From assembly GCA_041946805.1 (NCBI GenBank), contig JBHGBC010000075.1, positions 1 through 28,055 of the forward strand: a stretch of 28,055 bases of DNA, given 5' to 3'. A program made the position numbers and the translations under genes. The DNA comes from a bacterium. GTDB taxonomy: Bacteria; Hinthialibacterota; Hinthialibacteria; Hinthialibacterales; Hinthialibacteraceae. The notes beneath the pieces were generated by a model that saw only the letters and a program-made list of their open reading frames with translations, had not been told where the DNA came from and did not search any database. Shown here in pieces: positions 25,211-28,055 of this stretch (the first letter of the stretch is position 1; each line of letters opens with the position of its first letter).

Positions 25211-26332
25211 GTGACCAAAATGGGTGAGCGTGGAAGACAAGGAAAATTACCTTTGGGATATTTGGTTCTCCGCCCGGAGACAAATCATTTTTATTGGCGC
25301 TTCCTTGATATTCAGGGAAAGCGGAAAGAGCGCCGGCTTTATGCCGCGAACCGTGCGGAAGCCATAAAGATGGCGGGGCGGCTGGCGGTTGAGGAACTGG
25401 CGCGCCGGCAGGGCCTCATCCGCGAGAAAAATATTGGAAAGCGAACACTGGGCGAAGCCGCGGCCGCATTCTTTGAATATGCCGAACTACATTGCACTAC
25501 CAAGACAATCGAGCTGGTGGCGCATCACATTCAAAGGAAAATCCTTCCGTTTTTTGGGGCAGAAACACCTATCGAGTTGATTACCGTGGCTGAGATTCAG
25601 CGTTTTAAAAAGCATCTCATCGAATCAAAACAAAAGCCCCAGACCGTAAACAGGACCTTGACTACCATATCAGGCGTTTTCAAGCAAGCGCTGGAGACCG
25701 GATGGATTGAGACTATGCCCTATATCAAACGCTTGCCGGTGGATGAGGAAGAGCATGGATACGTACTCAATGATGCGGAAATCACCGCCCTGGTGGAATC
25801 AGCCCGGGCGATTTCACCTACGGCGCTGCGGTATCTGGCTCTGGGCTTGTATTGCGGCCTGCGGCATGGGGAAGCGGTGGGGCTGGAGTGGAAGAATATT
25901 GAATTCTGGCCGGATCCCTCCGGGGCCGTGCGCGGCCTGATCCACTTGAGCCGGCAGAAGCATCGTAAAAGCAAAATGCCGCGGCCATTGACTACCCAGG
26001 CGCGCGCGATACTCGATGAAACTCCAGAGGGAGAGCGGGAAGGCTATATCCTTATATGGGGGGGAAAGCCCGTACAGCAACTTCGGAAGACCTGGCGGAG
26101 CATTCTCTGTGGCGCTGGGCTGGATGACCTGGTCAAGCCGGATGGCCGGCGGCTTGGCTATCATGACTTGCGGCATACGTTCACTTCTCGCTGGTTCGCG
26201 GCGCTGGGTTACGATGCGCGGTTTTTCTCGGGGCATTCATCCGCGGATGGCTTCCGGCGCTATCTGCACGGATCACCAGAGCGGGTCTTTCGCAACGCGC
26301 GAAGTCCTTTCGAGCAAGAATTTGAAAAATAA
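25211..26332 (+). CDS. int: Phage-type tyrosine integrase
   Basis: N-terminal arm-binding-like segment (FYWRFLDIQGKRKERRL), core-binding helices (PQTVNRTLTTISGVFKQA), catalytic CGLRHGE (R), Lys-rich loop, HDLRHT, SGHSS, RRYLH (Y). Start GTG 25211 or ATG 25220. Confidence 0.95.
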   Translation: MTKMGERGRQGKLPLGYLVLRPETNHFYWRFLDIQGKRKERRLYAANRAEAIKMAGRLAVEELARRQGLIREKNIGKRTLGEAAAAFFEYAELHCTTKTIELVAHHIQRKILPFFGAETPIELITVAEIQRFKKHLIESKQKPQTVNRTLTTISGVFKQALETGWIETMPYIKRLPVDEEEHGYVLNDAEITALVESARAISPTALRYLALGLYCGLRHGEAVGLEWKNIEFWPDPSGAVRGLIHLSRQKHRKSKMPRPLTTQARAILDETPEGEREGYILIWGGKPVQQLRKTWRSILCGAGLDDLVKPDGRRLGYHDLRHTFTSRWFAALGYDARFFSGHSSADGFRRYLHGSPERVFRNARSPFEQEFEK

Positions 26333-26341
26333 ATTTTCTCC

Positions 26342-26371
26342 TTGACTCTTTTCTTCTGCTGATGCTATGGT
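26342..26371 (+). promoter_or_regulatory. Candidate sigma70 promoter downstream of int
   Basis: TTGACT, 18 nt, TATGGT, with extended -10 TG at 26363-26364. The predicted start site falls at the beginning of the structured leader (~26378). Confidence 0.6.
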
Positions 26372-26377
26372 TATACC

Positions 26378-26549
26378 TGGAACCTCATACAGTCGAAATT
26401 GCTAGGTGACCGTAGTAAAAAATCGTCCAGGTGGCCTAAGCGGTTCGTCTGGTCGATAATTTTTTAAAAGCCCGGATCATTTCCGTCTCCATAATCGCCT
26501 GGCGCGACTGTGTGAGGTTCCAACGGGATGATCCGGGCCGAACTTTTTT
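26378..26549 (+). ncRNA. Candidate structured leader RNA with interleaved pairings A-B-A'-B'
   Basis: A 26378-26395 pairs with A' 26505-26522 (18 bp, one G-U). B 26470-26486 pairs with B' 26523-26538 (11 perfect bp plus 5 more after a bulge). A U-tract follows. Confidence 0.6.
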
Positions 26550-26566
26550 AAAGAAAGGAATGGCGA

Positions 26567-26818
26567 ATGGATGAAGTGGTGAAGATGTTTGAGGACCGTT
26601 TATTGGGCCGGCCGGGCTCGGAATCCTGGCGGGAACTTTCCCGGATGCTGGAAGGCGCTCCGCCTTGGCGGCAAGAGTTAGATCGCCGGTGGGCGGGGCG
26701 GGAGGATTGGCAAAGATTCATAGAATGGGAAAGGAATCAGAACCATGAAGAAGAAAGAACGAAAAATGGAAGGCCGCGGCGTCTCCGGGAAGAGCAGCAA
26801 CCGCGGCCAGGTGGTTGA
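26567..26818 (+). CDS. Hypothetical protein (83 aa)
   Basis: RBS-like AAAGGA upstream; charged, Trp-rich, helical-looking; first ORF after the structured leader. Confidence 0.55.
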   Translation: MDEVVKMFEDRLLGRPGSESWRELSRMLEGAPPWRQELDRRWAGREDWQRFIEWERNQNHEEERTKNGRPRRLREEQQPRPGG

Positions 26819-27068
26819 GATACTCAACCAACTTGATTATAGCATCGATTGCGGGCTGAAGAAATATTTCGGAGATGACTTCGAATGGCCCGGGCTGGAT
26901 GGGGAGGCGGCCGCGGCCTTCATGCGGGAAGAAGGGGGCTTCCTGAAACAAAGCGATGCCTTCACCTTTGCCGTGAATGTCTTGGCCGGTTTCCCGCCGG
27001 CGGTCCGGCATCTCCTTCGGGCGCGGTATCACCTGGCGCGGGCGCAAGCCCTGGAAGGGAAACGGTGA
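26745..27068 (+). CDS. Hypothetical protein (107 aa)
   Basis: AAAGGA upstream of the ATG; followed by a clear terminator; overlaps the previous ORF by 74 nt. Confidence 0.6.
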   Translation: MKKKERKMEGRGVSGKSSNRGQVVEILNQLDYSIDCGLKKYFGDDFEWPGLDGEAAAAFMREEGGFLKQSDAFTFAVNVLAGFPPAVRHLLRARYHLARAQALEGKR

Positions 27069-27094
27069 TCTAACAAGTGATAGATTCAGTATCG

Positions 27095-27119
27095 GCCCCC
27101 AGGAATGGGGGCTTTTTTT
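27095..27119 (+). terminator. Intrinsic terminator
   Basis: GCCCCCA-GGAA-TGGGGGC followed by TTTTTTT. Confidence 0.9.
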
Positions 27120-27137
27120 ATGGATCAATTAGACCAC

Positions 27138-27191
27138 TTGATGATGTATGTAGTAAAAATGATGCTCTTTGATGATGTATCTAGTAAAAAT
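27138..27191 (+). repeat. Two 23-bp direct repeats, 31-bp period
   Basis: TTGATGATGTATGTAGTAAAAAT (27138-27160) and TTGATGATGTATCTAGTAAAAAT (27169-27191), 22/23 identical. Confidence 0.9.
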
Positions 27192-27260
27192 AATTTTATC
27201 GGGTTTGAGAAAGCGGATTAGCTGTTACTATAAAACATCCTCATTAGGAGAATATGTGAA

Positions 27261-27791
27261 ATGGAAATGCGCTCAATTAAACAAATCAATCGAGAGATAA
27301 AGAAGTTGCGACTTGAGCAGGCTGTCGAAAGCGTGAAAAAGGAAATCTTTCGTCTCAAAAAACGAATCGAGATCAATGCTCCACCTGTGATTTTGGGGCT
27401 GCTCAAAATGGGCGTTTCGGATGGTGTTCTGGCTGATTTTTTGGGAATTTCAAGACCGCTGGTATGCCACTGGCGGAATGGAATTCGAAGGCCTTCCCCA
27501 CATTTTTTAATCGCTCTCAACCACTTGCTCGGGCTTCTCATCCAAAAGGCGAAATCGGATTTTGGCGACACGGCGGAATTTGTGGAGATTTTTAAAACTG
27601 CCCGGGCGGCCTACAACCTGCAGCATGATGAAATCCAGGGATTTCCTGCCTCAGAAAAAATCAAGGCTGAGGAATTTTTCCAAGCCAAAACTGGCCGCGA
27701 AAGCGAGACGCTTAGAAAGTTGACCTACGGGCATTCCCAGGAAAATCCTCTGTTGATTGACCTGGATGATGAATTCGAATGGGCTGAATAA
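27261..27791 (+). CDS. Cro/CI (XRE)-type helix-turn-helix protein with N-terminal coiled-coil-like segment
   Basis: RBS AGGAG at 27246-27250; GVSDGVLADFLGISRPLVCHWRNGIRRPS matches the XRE HTH pattern (LA..LGIS...V..W.NG.R.PS). Confidence 0.8.
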   Translation: MEMRSIKQINREIKKLRLEQAVESVKKEIFRLKKRIEINAPPVILGLLKMGVSDGVLADFLGISRPLVCHWRNGIRRPSPHFLIALNHLLGLLIQKAKSDFGDTAEFVEIFKTARAAYNLQHDEIQGFPASEKIKAEEFFQAKTGRESETLRKLTYGHSQENPLLIDLDDEFEWAE

Positions 27792-27803
27792 CCGGGGAGG
27801 CAA

Positions 27804-27879
27804 CCACTCGGCGAGCCGGAGACCACTCAGCAAGTCGGAGGCATCCACTTGAGGAGCCGGATCCACTCGCCGAGCCGGG
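27804..27879 (+). repeat. Four 17-bp imperfect direct repeats (CCACTY-nnn-nAGYCGG)
   Basis: CCACTCGGCGAGCCGGA (27804), CCACTCAGCAAGTCGGA (27823), CCACTTGAGGAGCCGGA (27845), CCACTCGCCGAGCCGGG (27863). Confidence 0.85.
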
Positions 27880-27888
27880 CCTGCCTAC

Positions 27889-27934
27889 AAAAATAAAAAC
27901 CCGCGCGGTTTCCTTGGCTGGGTCCGCACGGGTT
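27889..27934 (-). terminator. Hairpin plus T-tract on the minus strand (candidate terminator)
   Basis: Minus strand AACCCGTGCGG...CCGCGCGGGTT (one G-U) followed by TTTATTTTT. Confidence 0.5.
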
Positions 27935-27959
27935 AAACACTAAAAAGGATGGAAAAATC

Positions 27960-28055
27960 ATGTCTCAGAATCAAGAAAAAGTCAAGGGACTAAGCGAAGA
28001 TGTTTTGCATGCAAAACAAGAGAATGGCAATTTCCAGGGTGGGGATGAATCGGCG
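27960..28055 (+). CDS. Start of a CDS truncated by the window end
   Basis: AAAAGGATGGAAAAATC-ATG, open to the end: MSQNQEKVKGLSEDVLHAKQENGNFQGGDESA. Confidence 0.5.
   Translation, partial: MSQNQEKVKGLSEDVLHAKQENGNFQGGDESA

Larger units (their letters stand above)
25003..28055. mobile_element. Left end of an integrative element (prophage, satellite or island) inserted at tRNA-Ala(CGC); continues past the window
   Basis: tRNA 3' fragment starting at the anticodon loop, adjacent tyrosine integrase, visibly AT-richer intergenic DNA, HTH gene and short ORFs. Confidence 0.85.

Noticed and set aside
27138..27191. CRISPR array
   Set aside because: Only two repeats with an 8-bp gap and no cas genes in view.
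27804..27879. CRISPR mini-array
   Set aside because: Repeats are 17 bp, degenerate and separated by 1-5 bp; no spacers.

Overview
GC-rich bacterial chromosome segment with three parts. (1) 1-16.7 kb: the 3' end of an unknown gene, REP-like palindromes, and a 14.7-kb minus-strand gene for a 4885-aa secreted protein. That protein reads, N to C: signal peptide; HExxH...E zinc-metallopeptidase; vWA domain (intact MIDAS); CLCA-like beta-rich domains; Ca-binding Asp-rich repeats/FN3-like; FG-GAP repeats; a gingipain-like C25 cysteine peptidase with probable propeptide; four copies of a six-Cys ~145-aa domain; two copies of a ~620-aa beta-helix module. Pro/Thr linkers join several of these blocks. 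(2) 16.7-24.9 kb: housekeeping and metabolic genes (two Tat-exported xylose-isomerase-like TIM barrels, a small hypothetical, an RlmD-family rRNA methyltransferase, alaS, a secreted beta-helix protein). (3) From ~24.97 kb to the window end: the left end of an AT-richer integrated element. It begins at a displaced 3' fragment of tRNA-Ala(CGC) and carries an intact tyrosine integrase, a structured A-B-A'-B' leader, small ORFs, a Cro/CI-type HTH gene, operator-like and iteron-like direct repeats, and a truncated ORF; a prophage or phage satellite is plausible. The strongest novelty candidates are the dual-protease giant protein and the element's regulatory RNA and repeat set. All family calls are by eye from motifs; no database search was run.
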